This document shows, one piece after another, positions 39,169-49,180 of a stretch of 64,000 nt of DNA. The DNA comes from Minisyncoccia bacterium. GTDB taxonomy: Bacteria > Patescibacteriota > Minisyncoccia > Phycocordibacterales > UBA918. The stretch covers positions 64,001-128,000 of the forward strand of contig CAXRCZ010000004.1 of NCBI GenBank assembly GCA_964229335.1, given 5' to 3'. A model generated the notes under the pieces. The model saw only the letters and a program-made list of their open reading frames with translations. It was not told the DNA's origin and did not search any database. Position 1 is the first letter of the stretch. Every line of letters starts with the position of its first letter. The translations under genes and the position numbers were made by a program.

Positions 39169-41061
39169 TTACACTATTCGTTCGGGGTCAATTTCAATTT
39201 TGACGTACGGTGGGAGCTGTTTTACCCGAGTAAGTATCGCAGAATATTTTTCCTGTTCATCGGTACTAATTTTTATAAGCGCGTGACGAAGGACTTTTTG
39301 TTCATTCGAATGTGGGTTGGTATAAGACTCAAGATCTAAACTGTCTAAAAAAGGTTTGAGTTGAGTATCAGCCTTTTGGATGGTTGTTTTGTTGCCTGAC
39401 CATGACAAAAGGACAAAGCGAGAAAACGGCGGATACCCTAGCAATTGGCGTAGCCCTATCTCTTCATCGTAAAATTTTTCTATGGCACCTCGAGCCGCAT
39501 GGTCAATAAAAGTATCAGGTTCGCTTCGAGTTTGTGCCAAGACCTCTTTTTCAGAGATTTCCCGCAATCGCATGAGTAATCGGAATAGATGCGCATCTGC
39601 TTTCCAACTAGGAGTACTACGAGCGGCATCAAGTGATACGACTGCGCTCACATCAACTCCGCGGAATAAATATGGCAGCGCCATCTGAGTGCCGATCAAG
39701 ATTCCTGACTTCTGTTTATAAAAGGATTCGGCCAACTTTTCAGCTTTTTTCGGAGTAGTAGCTGTTGTACTATCCAAGATAGTAATTGGTGTATCGGGAT
39801 GGCTAGCTTGCCATTCATCGGCTATGTGTTGGATGCCGATGCCGCGCTCTCGTAGCCGCCATGAACCGCAGTCAGGGCAGACGTCTGCGGCTGGAACCTT
39901 TCTTCCAGATGTGCTTGATACAAACCAACGCTTTTCCTCTCCGTTTTTGTTGGTTTTCATGAGTGAGTATGGTGACCGAGAGTCAGGACAGCGAAAGATA
40001 TATCCGCAATCAATGCAAGCCACTACTGGCGCCAGGCCTCGTCTGGCTGCATAGAGAAATACATGTCCATTGCCTTCTAGTGTGCGCAAAATGGTACTGG
40101 TTAAGCGTGGTGAAAAAAGAGAAAACGGAACTTCCACTTGCGGCTTGTCCGACTGTTGAATCAACGTTAGCGGAGCAGGGAAAACCATCCTTTTTACCTC
40201 TTCACTATAGGTGGTGTATTTATCTTGTCGCCGCTCTACCTCATCCTCAGTGCTAGGGACTGTGTCACCTAAAATGATTTGGCACTTACGTACAGTGGCA
40301 TATAGCTTGAGTGCTTCTACCTGGTTGAGATATGGCCTGGTGCGACTATTATATTGGGGACTGGCTGACTGCTCGACAATGATGGTGGCGATATCAGCTC
40401 GCTCTACGTAGGCAAAGGAAGGGGTGGTCACAATCAAGACTGGATTACTGGCTGTCAGCAATGTCTTAAGCTGTTTGTCGTGGCGTTTTTTGCTTTGGAT
40501 ATTAGAGATAGTGACTACACGATCTTCGATACCTACAGATAGAGATTTAGCAGCGTGTATGACGTCGGTGGCAGTAGGCACTACAAAAAGAATAGAACCC
40601 TTTTGTGCAAATGTGCTTCTAATCTGGCTTTGATAACGAAGAAAGCGTTCATCAATACGAGCAGTCAAAATCTGCGGAGTACCGTCCATGTTGATTGCAG
40701 ATGGTTCGACTGGTGTAAATATTCTACCCCCGTTTCTGATGTCAGGTGGTAGTAACGAATACATTATGGCTCCAGGACTGACCGGGTATATAGCTGACAA
40801 CCGAGCAGCTGTGTCTCTCAAGTCCGCCGGAACTAGCGGTGGATTTTTTTGCACGGGAAGTTTGCGTAATCGGTAATGAGCGGATTTAAGGTCAGTTTTT
40901 TTCTCACTGACTGGCTTGCATTCAGTGACTATTCCAAACTGGTTCTTGCGGCGAATGGGGATAGTGAGCAAGCTACCAATTTCATACGGGATACTGGAAA
41001 AGTAAGACAAGGTTTCTAGTTGGGTGCCGCGAATGAGTGGAGTGACCTGAATTACCTGCAT
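39169..41061 (-). CDS. priA: Primosomal protein N' (PriA)-like, degenerate helicase
   Basis: RRGLAP..CIDCG...CPDCGS, GIG, ILIGTQMA, R..LGYPPF; Walker A/B not recognisable. Confidence 0.8.
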   Translation of the reverse strand: MQVIQVTPLIRGTQLETLSYFSSIPYEIGSLLTIPIRRKNQFGIVTECKPVSEKKTDLKSAHYRLRKLPVQKNPPLVPADLRDTAARLSAIYPVSPGAIMYSLLPPDIRNGGRIFTPVEPSAINMDGTPQILTARIDERFLRYQSQIRSTFAQKGSILFVVPTATDVIHAAKSLSVGIEDRVVTISNIQSKKRHDKQLKTLLTASNPVLIVTTPSFAYVERADIATIIVEQSASPQYNSRTRPYLNQVEALKLYATVRKCQIILGDTVPSTEDEVERRQDKYTTYSEEVKRMVFPAPLTLIQQSDKPQVEVPFSLFSPRLTSTILRTLEGNGHVFLYAARRGLAPVVACIDCGYIFRCPDSRSPYSLMKTNKNGEEKRWFVSSTSGRKVPAADVCPDCGSWRLRERGIGIQHIADEWQASHPDTPITILDSTTATTPKKAEKLAESFYKQKSGILIGTQMALPYLFRGVDVSAVVSLDAARSTPSWKADAHLFRLLMRLREISEKEVLAQTRSEPDTFIDHAARGAIEKFYDEEIGLRQLLGYPPFSRFVLLSWSGNKTTIQKADTQLKPFLDSLDLESYTNPHSNEQKVLRHALIKISTDEQEKYSAILTRVKQLPPYVKIEIDPERIV

Positions 41062-41144
41062 GGTTGAACATTATAGTAAATCTGGCTCTGCGGTGCCAAT
41101 TTCTAGTATTTTGGCATAAGAATCATTGCAGAAGGCAACAATAC

Positions 41145-42455
41145 CTATTCAAGATATGAAATGCTGGCACCGAGTGATTGAAGGCGAGCAACGAGGTTCT
41201 CATAGCCTCGATTGATGCTGTAGATATTGCGTAGAACTGAATGTCCTTCAGCACCCAGCATAGCAATTAAGAGAATGGTAGCAGGTCGCAGAGCTGGGGG
41301 ACAAATTAGTTCGGCCGGGCGAAGTTTGGTTGGTCCAGTAATAAAAATTCGATGTGGGTCAGCCAAAACTGTTTCAGCACCCAGCTTGTCTAGTTCAGTA
41401 AAGTAAATAGCTCTTTTTTCATACACCCAGTCATGAATGAGAGTTTGTCCATCGGCTTGGGTAGCAATAACCGCAAAAAAGGGTAAGTTGTCGATATTGA
41501 GTCCAGGGTATGGCCTGGCGTAGACTTTTTCGTGTAGCGAAACTAATTTTGAAGATGAGGTAGTAATATCGACAAGGCGAGTATGATTATTACCACTTAG
41601 ATAAGGTTCTGACTTTTTATATTGCAAGCCCATCTTTTCTAATTTTAGTAACTCTAGTTCCAAGAAATCAATCGGACAGTGGGTGATAGTGATGTCTGAT
41701 GATGTTACTACTGCAGCAGCTAGGAAGAACATAGTGTCAGTTGGATCTTCGGCCAAGGTGTATTCAACATCAGTATTGATTTCCTCCAAGCCAGTTACTG
41801 TTAAGGTGGTGGTGCCAATACCTTCAATCCTTACTCCTAGTTGTTGTAAGAAAAAGCATACTTCTTGCACCATGTAGTTGGCACTGGCGTATTTGATAAC
41901 AGTAGTTTCTGCTCTGGCAGCAGCCGCAAATAAAACATTTTCAGTGACTGTGTCGCCACTTTCGTAAAGAATAATTTCGGTCGGGGCTTTTCTATGAGTC
42001 TTAATTTCAAACGTTTCTTCGGTAGTGATGATATCGACGCCGAATGGCTCTAAGGCATAAAAGTGCGGCCGGACAGTGCGACTACCTAATTTACATCCAC
42101 CTGATTGAGGGAGCGAAAATTTTGCTAGATGGTGAATGAGCGGACCAATAAACATGACAATACTACGTGTCATCCTGGCCGCTCCAATATTAATATTATC
42201 TAGTGCAAAAGTGGTTGGTGGGGTGATAGAGAGGGTCGAATCATTCCATTGGATTTCTACACCAATGCTTTGCAGGACTTCAATAATACGATGCACCTCT
42301 TCAATCTTAGGTACGCGATGTAGAGTGGTTGTGCCTGAATTGAGTAGTGAGGCACACAATAGACCAACAGCGCCATTTTTACTGGTATTGGTTCTAATCT
42401 GACCGTGTAACTTTTTACCACCTTGTACTTCGATGTTTACGATTGGCTTATCCAT
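41145..42455 (-). CDS. murA: UDP-N-acetylglucosamine 1-carboxyvinyltransferase
   Basis: SKNGA, GGCKLGSR catalytic Cys, PYPG, INRGYE. Confidence 0.95.
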   Translation of the reverse strand: MDKPIVNIEVQGGKKLHGQIRTNTSKNGAVGLLCASLLNSGTTTLHRVPKIEEVHRIIEVLQSIGVEIQWNDSTLSITPPTTFALDNINIGAARMTRSIVMFIGPLIHHLAKFSLPQSGGCKLGSRTVRPHFYALEPFGVDIITTEETFEIKTHRKAPTEIILYESGDTVTENVLFAAAARAETTVIKYASANYMVQEVCFFLQQLGVRIEGIGTTTLTVTGLEEINTDVEYTLAEDPTDTMFFLAAAVVTSSDITITHCPIDFLELELLKLEKMGLQYKKSEPYLSGNNHTRLVDITTSSSKLVSLHEKVYARPYPGLNIDNLPFFAVIATQADGQTLIHDWVYEKRAIYFTELDKLGAETVLADPHRIFITGPTKLRPAELICPPALRPATILLIAMLGAEGHSVLRNIYSINRGYENLVARLQSLGASISYLE

Positions 42456-42560
42456 ATGCGCTGGCTAGTATAACAGATGCTGGAGATTCACTTTAAATAT
42501 GGCTTACTATAGTAAATTATTGTGGATTTACCTGAATACGGTAGTATAGAGAAATTCTGT

Positions 42561-43574
42561 ATGTGGCCTAACTTAACTCCAAAAATCGGGATTGACCTTG
42601 GTACTACCAATATACTTGTGTTTGTTCCTGGGCAAGGAATTGTGCTCAATGAACCATCGGTAGTAGCTATTTCGGATGATAACAAAGTGTTGGCGGTGGG
42701 AAGCGAGGCCAAGCTCATGATTGGTCGAACCCCAGAAAATATTCGGGCATATCGTCCACTACGCTCAGGTGTAATTGCTGACTACCGAGTCACTGAAGCA
42801 ATGTTGAAGTACTTCTTGCGAAAAGCGCTCAACAAATACTCATTGTTTAGACCTGATGTAATGGTCTCGGTTCCAGCCGGCGTAACTTCAACCGAGCGTA
42901 GGGCAGTGGTTGAAGCCACAATCAAAGCTGGAGCCAAAAATGCGTACGTAGTTAAAGAACCAATCCTGGCAGCGATTGGAGCGGGAGTACCAATCTATGA
43001 ACCACAAGGCCATATGATTGTCGATATTGGAGGAGGAACTATTGATGTGGCGGTAATTTCTCTCGGAGGGATTGTAGCGGCTAACTCAGTTAAGTGTGCT
43101 GGAAATAGTATTGATGCCGCTATCATTGATTATGTAAAAAAGACTCGCAACCTATCGATTGGTGAAAAAACTGCCGAAGAAATAAAAATTACTATCGGTT
43201 CAGCATTGCGTTTGGAGGAAGAGTTGAGTATGGAAATTAAGGGTCGTGATGTAGTGAGCGGTTTACCTCGAACAACGGAAATCAAAAGTAACGAAGTGGT
43301 AAAGGCGATCGGGCAAGAATTGAAAGAAATGGTCCAAGCCATCAAAGAAGTGTTCCAGCAAACTCCACCAGAATTAGCGGCAGACATTATCGACGGAGGA
43401 ATAATTATGACTGGCGGAACGTCGCAGTTACGGAATTTTCCAGAATTAGTAAAGCGTCGAACAGGAGTAAAGGCGATGTTGGCTGATCAAGCGCTATTTT
43501 GTGTCGCTAATGGTACTGGGATTGCGCTCGAACATTTAGGTGTATATAAACGCGCCGTCCTCTCGAAGCGATAA
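42561..43574 (+). CDS. mreB: MreB/Mbl actin homolog (copy outside the mreBC operon)
   Basis: GIDLGTTN, VDIGGGT, TPPELAADI, TGG. Confidence 0.93.
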   Translation: MWPNLTPKIGIDLGTTNILVFVPGQGIVLNEPSVVAISDDNKVLAVGSEAKLMIGRTPENIRAYRPLRSGVIADYRVTEAMLKYFLRKALNKYSLFRPDVMVSVPAGVTSTERRAVVEATIKAGAKNAYVVKEPILAAIGAGVPIYEPQGHMIVDIGGGTIDVAVISLGGIVAANSVKCAGNSIDAAIIDYVKKTRNLSIGEKTAEEIKITIGSALRLEEELSMEIKGRDVVSGLPRTTEIKSNEVVKAIGQELKEMVQAIKEVFQQTPPELAADIIDGGIIMTGGTSQLRNFPELVKRRTGVKAMLADQALFCVANGTGIALEHLGVYKRAVLSKR

Positions 43575-43579
43575 ATTAA

Positions 43580-43667
43580 GCAATTTCTTTGTTGCGCTGC
43601 GGCAAATTATTATTCACCGTATAGTAAATACGTCTCATAATAATTTCCTTGCACGCCTGGAAATTGC
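43580..43667. repeat. Long imperfect palindrome (REP/MITE-like hairpin)
   Basis: Nested arms GCAATTTC/GAAATTGC, AAATTATTAT/ATAATAATTT, CGTAT/ATACG. Confidence 0.6.
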
Positions 43668-43864
43668 AAAAATTTATAACATCGAAGGATTTTGCTCAAC
43701 GTCGAGAATCTACAAGATTCTCTAGCGTTTGGTATTTGGTACCACAGCATGTCTATGTGCCTCGAACTCGCATTAATTTATCGCTTCGAGTTAATTTTCC
43801 ACAGTGCTTCAGTTGTGGTTAAGCGGGCAAGGTTTTGTTTCACTTGCACGGTACAATGTAATGA

Positions 43865-46630
43865 ATGGAAGGGACTCCCAAACAATTTTCTTCACCCCAG
43901 GAAGAAATAGAATACTTGCGTCAGAGAATTGCTGAGCAAGAGCGAAGTGTGCTGGAAAAAGAACCTCAAGCTCGAGCTGAACAACTAGAACAAGTATCTC
44001 AGAAAGAAATGCGAGAGTATGCCTCATTCACGCCACAGTCAGTCTTAAATAAAGACTATGAAATGCCGACTCATGAGGTGTCTCATTCTGCTGAATCAGT
44101 CAACATATCGCATGATCCGGTAGAAGAGATTGTTACACTCGCTTTTGATAAAGGTATAAAAAATGCGCTTTCGGTCCTCGAGAAAAGTGACAATCCGTAC
44201 TTAATTGACGAAGTTCACAAGCAGCTAATCGAAAAAATTAGGGCCGGAGCAGTGATGGGGGATTTAAAGGAAGATGTGCCACCATGGCACGTACTCCACA
44301 TGACCCTTTTTGAAGTTACTTTGCCACAGTTTTCTTCGGCTGATGAAGCTGCTCGAGAACTTCCAATGTTGGTAGGGATGATGGAGCAGCTGCTGAGAGG
44401 TCTGGAAAGTGTAGGTTCAGCCAAGGAGAACACTCATTTTGTGATTGAGCTTGCGGTTGATAACAAAACGTATGACATCATTTTCTACATAGCAGTTCCA
44501 AACGAATACGTCATGCTTTTTGAAAAGCAGACCTTGTCCATCTTCCCGCAGGCAGTGCTAACTATTCAACCGCATGATTACAATATTTTTAGTCAGACTG
44601 GAAGTGTTGCTGCAGCTGAAATAACCCTGCGCCGTCACCCAATCTACCCACTGAAGTCTGCCGAGTCATTTGCCACCGATCCTTTACAGGTAATTCTGAA
44701 TGCCTTCTCAAAATTAGAGCAAGCAGATGAGGGGGCGGCATTACAATTTGTTATTCGCTATCCAAAATCAAATCATCGCGCTACGTACGAAAATATAATT
44801 AAGGATATAGAACGAGGACATTCACCAAAAGAAGCAATCGAACGTAGTACCTTCGTCGGTGGGGTAAAGGAGATAGTTGGAGAATTATTTTCTAGTTCAA
44901 AGAGTGCTACTGACAAAAAGGAAGATGCTGGTGAAAAAAAAACTCATTCTGAGACAATCGAACTATTCAAGAAGAAAATCGCGCGCGATATCGTCGAAGT
45001 AAATATTAGAGTACTGGTCTCTACTAAAAGTGAGAGTCGAGACGAACAAATCTTAAAGGAATTGGAATCTGCTTTCCACCAGTTTGATGAACTTGAAGGT
45101 AACGATATTCAGCTCAAAAGAGTTAAAGGTACTTCGCTGCGTCAGATAAAAAAAGCTTTCTCATTTAGGGAATTTAACCGGCACACTGCTATACCGCTCT
45201 CATTGAGTGAGCTAGCGACGATGATTCACTTTCCTGAAAGTGGCGGTGCGGCTGCGCCACAATTCAAACAATCCAGCGCAAAGAGCGCAGCCGCACCAAC
45301 TTCAATGCCAACAGAAGGAACTCTGCTTGGTGTAAATAGTCATCGTAATGTAGAGCGCGAAATATACATCTCAAAAGAAGATCGGTTACGACACTTTTAT
45401 ATTATCGGTCAGACCGGTACCGGTAAAACTACCTTGATGAAGAATATGATTATTCAAGACATCGAACACGGTGATGGTGTCTGTATGATTGATCCACATG
45501 GTACGGACATTGACGATGTGTTAGGGGCAGTGCCGCCACATCGTGAGCAGGATGTTATTTATTTTGACCCTTCGAATCTAGATCCTTCAGTCGGACTTAA
45601 CATGCTGGAGTATGATCCACAAAAACCAGAACAAAAGACGTTTGTTGTAAACGAACTACTTTCTATCTTTCAAAAATTATACGGTGCAAATCCAGAGAGT
45701 ATGGGACCAATGTTCGAACAGTACTTCCGCAACGCAACTATGCTGGTGATGGAGGATCCAGATAGTGGTAACACGTTAATGGATATTTCACGAGTGTTTT
45801 CAGATGCTCGCTTCCGACGTGAAAAGCTGGCCAAAGCTACCAATCCGGTGGTGGTGCAATTCTGGAAAGAAATAGCCACCAAAGCTGGTGGCGAAGCATC
45901 GTTGGAAAACATCGTTCCGTATATCGTGTCTAAGTTTGATGTATTTACAGCCAATGATTACCTGCGTCCAATCATTGGTCAGCAACACAGTGCTTTCAAT
46001 TTCCGGCACATAATGGATGAGAAAAAAATACTGTTGGTTAATTTGGCAAAAGGGAGAATTGGAGAAATCAATGCCAATTTAATCGGTATGATATTCGTTG
46101 GAAAAATATTGATGGCAGCACTATCTCGAGTAGATGACCCGAGTAAAAGATTTGCGCCATTTTATCTTCATATGGATGAGTTCCAAAATGTGTCTACTAA
46201 TTCTATCTCAGCTATTTTGTCTGAAGCTCGAAAGTATAAACTAGGGCTAACCATAGCCCATCAGTTCATTGCCCAACTGTCCCCAGACATCAAAGATGCA
46301 GTTTTTGGTAACGTCGGATCAATGGCTACCTTTAGAGTTGGACCTGAGGACGCACAGTTCTTAGAGCAGCAATACTCACCAGTGTTTACTGATTCAGATT
46401 TAATGAATATTCCAAATCGTGAGGCGTATGTTCGGATGCTGGCTAATGGAATCCCAACATCAGCTTTTAGTATGCATACCGTTGCTCCTAAAGATACAGA
46501 TCCTAATCGCGTAGCCGCCCTCAAAGCTGCTAGCTTAGCTCGCTATGGTCGCTCACGGGTAGAGATAGAGGCTGAAATACAAGCCCGCTATAAAAAACCT
46601 GTCCCTCCAGTACCGCCACTTGGTGTGTAA
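43865..46630 (+). CDS. VirB4/VirD4(TraG)/HerA-superfamily ATPase (DUF87-type)
   Basis: RLRHFYIIGQTGTGKT, IDPHG, MDEFQN, SEARKY, AHQFIAQL, VFGNVGS. Confidence 0.88.
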   Translation: MEGTPKQFSSPQEEIEYLRQRIAEQERSVLEKEPQARAEQLEQVSQKEMREYASFTPQSVLNKDYEMPTHEVSHSAESVNISHDPVEEIVTLAFDKGIKNALSVLEKSDNPYLIDEVHKQLIEKIRAGAVMGDLKEDVPPWHVLHMTLFEVTLPQFSSADEAARELPMLVGMMEQLLRGLESVGSAKENTHFVIELAVDNKTYDIIFYIAVPNEYVMLFEKQTLSIFPQAVLTIQPHDYNIFSQTGSVAAAEITLRRHPIYPLKSAESFATDPLQVILNAFSKLEQADEGAALQFVIRYPKSNHRATYENIIKDIERGHSPKEAIERSTFVGGVKEIVGELFSSSKSATDKKEDAGEKKTHSETIELFKKKIARDIVEVNIRVLVSTKSESRDEQILKELESAFHQFDELEGNDIQLKRVKGTSLRQIKKAFSFREFNRHTAIPLSLSELATMIHFPESGGAAAPQFKQSSAKSAAAPTSMPTEGTLLGVNSHRNVEREIYISKEDRLRHFYIIGQTGTGKTTLMKNMIIQDIEHGDGVCMIDPHGTDIDDVLGAVPPHREQDVIYFDPSNLDPSVGLNMLEYDPQKPEQKTFVVNELLSIFQKLYGANPESMGPMFEQYFRNATMLVMEDPDSGNTLMDISRVFSDARFRREKLAKATNPVVVQFWKEIATKAGGEASLENIVPYIVSKFDVFTANDYLRPIIGQQHSAFNFRHIMDEKKILLVNLAKGRIGEINANLIGMIFVGKILMAALSRVDDPSKRFAPFYLHMDEFQNVSTNSISAILSEARKYKLGLTIAHQFIAQLSPDIKDAVFGNVGSMATFRVGPEDAQFLEQQYSPVFTDSDLMNIPNREAYVRMLANGIPTSAFSMHTVAPKDTDPNRVAALKAASLARYGRSRVEIEAEIQARYKKPVPPVPPLGV

Positions 46631-46641
46631 TAATATCTCGT

Positions 46642-47448
46642 ATGGAATCAGCTGTTAAAGACACTCTTAGAGAAATATCACTCGCTTCAGAAGCCGGTGT
46701 TTTAAATTTTCTTGAACATATTGGCCAAATGCATGGCGTAGTGGTAGAGCTGGCGGCTCAATTTGAAGGGGATGAAGAGGTAGATCGTTGGGTAGACTAC
46801 GCTAATTTGATGTATCAAAAATTAAAAGAGGAGCTACATACTGTACAAAGTCTGATAGCAGCAGAACAACCACTTTCAAAGCAAATTGTAAGTGATATTC
46901 AGCAAATTTATAATGAACTTACTCTAGCCAGAGACACCATTGCTTCTATAGAGCTAGAGGAGGTAGTCAGTGAGGTCTTAGAAGAGACTTCTCACACACC
47001 GGTAACAGTACCGGTGGTAACATCGCAGAATCCCTATAAACGACAGTTTTTGACTGCTGATATTACAAGTTACGAACCATACCAAGCGGTGTTAACCGAA
47101 CACTTTTCTTCACCAAAGGCTTTTGAATCTCACATGCGATACATCGTCAAAGATTTTGAAGAGCCATCAAAGTTAGACAAAGTGTTAAAAGTCAGGCAAG
47201 CGAGTATTTTCTATGAGCTTATCGGTGGCATGAGTTTACAAGAACTCGATGAGTTACTAGCTACACCGCGACAACAACTTCGAGACTTGCTGACTGAACA
47301 GAAGATGGATTACCGTTTGTTCGTGGAGTGGATTGATTTAATAGAGTTACTACGAGAAACACTTGCTGCTGAAGATTCAATGACAGTGAGTGAGTTACTA
47401 GCGATTGCTGAAATTGAAGGTCTGGCAGCAGAGAAAAGTACTACGTAA
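46642..47448 (+). CDS. Acidic, helical hypothetical protein
   Basis: 268-aa ORF 11 nt after the ATPase, same strand. Confidence 0.75.
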   Translation: MESAVKDTLREISLASEAGVLNFLEHIGQMHGVVVELAAQFEGDEEVDRWVDYANLMYQKLKEELHTVQSLIAAEQPLSKQIVSDIQQIYNELTLARDTIASIELEEVVSEVLEETSHTPVTVPVVTSQNPYKRQFLTADITSYEPYQAVLTEHFSSPKAFESHMRYIVKDFEEPSKLDKVLKVRQASIFYELIGGMSLQELDELLATPRQQLRDLLTEQKMDYRLFVEWIDLIELLRETLAAEDSMTVSELLAIAEIEGLAAEKSTT

Positions 47449-47511
47449 TTCACAGTCAGCTCAGCGTAACTACGCCATCGGGCTACTAGTAAGTGATATG
47501 ATGTAGGTATT

Positions 47512-49167
47512 ATGGTGAACAAAAGTTCTTTGCCAACAGATGGGCAGTCGGTCTTTGATTTGAATTCTGAAAAAGGAACTATGTTAGTGCTGGCAGCACT
47601 GCGAACTAGCGATGCTTCGGCTCAAGACAAAAATGAACTGCGAGACCTAGTCTTTTTATATAGTAATGGCGGGCGAGATGAGAGTGTAAAACTATCGCTC
47701 GAGAAAAAAATAGCGGATTTACAATTACAACCTCCAACCCCAACCAAGACAGAAGTCCCAACTCAAGCGAAACCACAACCGGTCATTGGTAGTATTCGAA
47801 ATGCCCCGACTTTTACTCCTACAACTCCTGTAAAATCTACACCGCCACAGCCAGTAGCACCGCCACCGGCTCCGGAGCCAGTTTCTACTCCAGTCACTCC
47901 ACCTCCAGCTCCCCCAGCACCAGAAGAACCTGCTCCAACCCCTGCACCACCAGCTCCAGAACCAACTCCAACTGACGCGATACCCAATGCAACTCCTAGC
48001 CCGCAACCAGCTACTGAGCAACCACAGTCAACACCACCACCAGCGTCTGCTGAATATCTAAATCGGATTAGAACTATCAAGTCAGCTATCAATCAAAAAG
48101 TAGGCAACCCAGTTAACCTAGTAGATCTTGATAATGAAATTGGTCGCGAGTACATGAACTCGCTGCTTGATGCGATGAAAAAACTTAATACTGGTGTTTC
48201 TCCAGTGGCGGCAATGGAGCGATTGGAAAAAGCCTATTCGCAGGTGGAGGCTTTACTGGAAGATAAAGAAGCGCCGTTGTCTCCTAAAGATACGAATGAA
48301 GCGGTTGATACAACTCGTACCACACAGTCCACACCAGCGCCTACACCTACGGCACAGTCTGAGTCGCAACCACCAGCAGTGCCACAACCGGTTGCCAAAG
48401 AATCGCAATCACCACCACCAGCTCCTGCTCCAGTTACTCCACCTCCAGAAAAACCAGCTCAAATCCCTGTACCACCAACTCCATCTGAGGTGAAAGCGTC
48501 AGATTCAGAAGCAGCTGTGGAGGCTAACCCAGTGCCTATCAATACAGCTACACCTGACCCTGTGCCAGTATCACCACTAGAGCCAACAACACCCGAACCG
48601 TCGACAGTTCCAAAATCAACCAAAACTCCACCAGTAGAATCTAGATGGGAATCTTACGAAAACACATCACTCACCACAGCGACAGACGACACTCCAACCC
48701 CATCACCTGAGTCTAGTCCGAGTCAGCCGGCTAGGAAACTTTCTTCACTCGCTGATCTCAAGAACACCACTACTGAAAGCAGTGTCCCTATTAGTTCTTC
48801 ACTCAAAACTGCACCACCACAGGTTGAACAGCTGCCGACTGATGATCCACTGAGAAGTAAAGAAGTAGATGAAGGGCTTGAACAGCTTCTAGAAGAATGG
48901 CCAATTTTCAAAAAAAGCGGTCTCTTTGGTACTGGTCCAAAAGGAAGAGAGCATCCATTATTTAAGAAAATTGCACCGCTGCAAATCCCTCTTCTACTAG
49001 CCGGTCGTTTTGAGGGGGCGACCCAAGAAATCCGTCAAAGCATCACTGATTACATGAATGGTTGGCGGTATGAGCAGGGCCTAATCTACGAACAAGGAGA
49101 AACATTTGAACACTACTTGCGACGTGTCATCCGTCACATTTTGGATTTGCAAAAGCCAAGAGTGTGA
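47512..49167 (+). CDS. Pro/Thr-rich hypothetical protein with three folded blocks
   Basis: 551 aa; two long P/T/S/A low-complexity linkers; ordered C-terminal block ending NGWRYEQG...FEHYLRRVI. Confidence 0.85.
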   Translation: MVNKSSLPTDGQSVFDLNSEKGTMLVLAALRTSDASAQDKNELRDLVFLYSNGGRDESVKLSLEKKIADLQLQPPTPTKTEVPTQAKPQPVIGSIRNAPTFTPTTPVKSTPPQPVAPPPAPEPVSTPVTPPPAPPAPEEPAPTPAPPAPEPTPTDAIPNATPSPQPATEQPQSTPPPASAEYLNRIRTIKSAINQKVGNPVNLVDLDNEIGREYMNSLLDAMKKLNTGVSPVAAMERLEKAYSQVEALLEDKEAPLSPKDTNEAVDTTRTTQSTPAPTPTAQSESQPPAVPQPVAKESQSPPPAPAPVTPPPEKPAQIPVPPTPSEVKASDSEAAVEANPVPINTATPDPVPVSPLEPTTPEPSTVPKSTKTPPVESRWESYENTSLTTATDDTPTPSPESSPSQPARKLSSLADLKNTTTESSVPISSSLKTAPPQVEQLPTDDPLRSKEVDEGLEQLLEEWPIFKKSGLFGTGPKGREHPLFKKIAPLQIPLLLAGRFEGATQEIRQSITDYMNGWRYEQGLIYEQGETFEHYLRRVIRHILDLQKPRV

Positions 49168-49180
49168 GATAATACCTGCA

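Noticed and set aside
43575-43860. oriC
   Set aside because: Only two imperfect DnaA boxes, no dnaA/dnaN nearby and no clear DUE
43865-46630. Conjugative element/ICE
   Set aside because: No relaxase, mating-pair genes, integrase or att repeats; flanked by core genes
47720-48850. CRISPR or tandem DNA repeat (CCACCAGCTCC-like recurrences)
   Set aside because: Irregular codon-level repeats of a Pro-rich coding region; no constant repeat-spacer period and no cas genes
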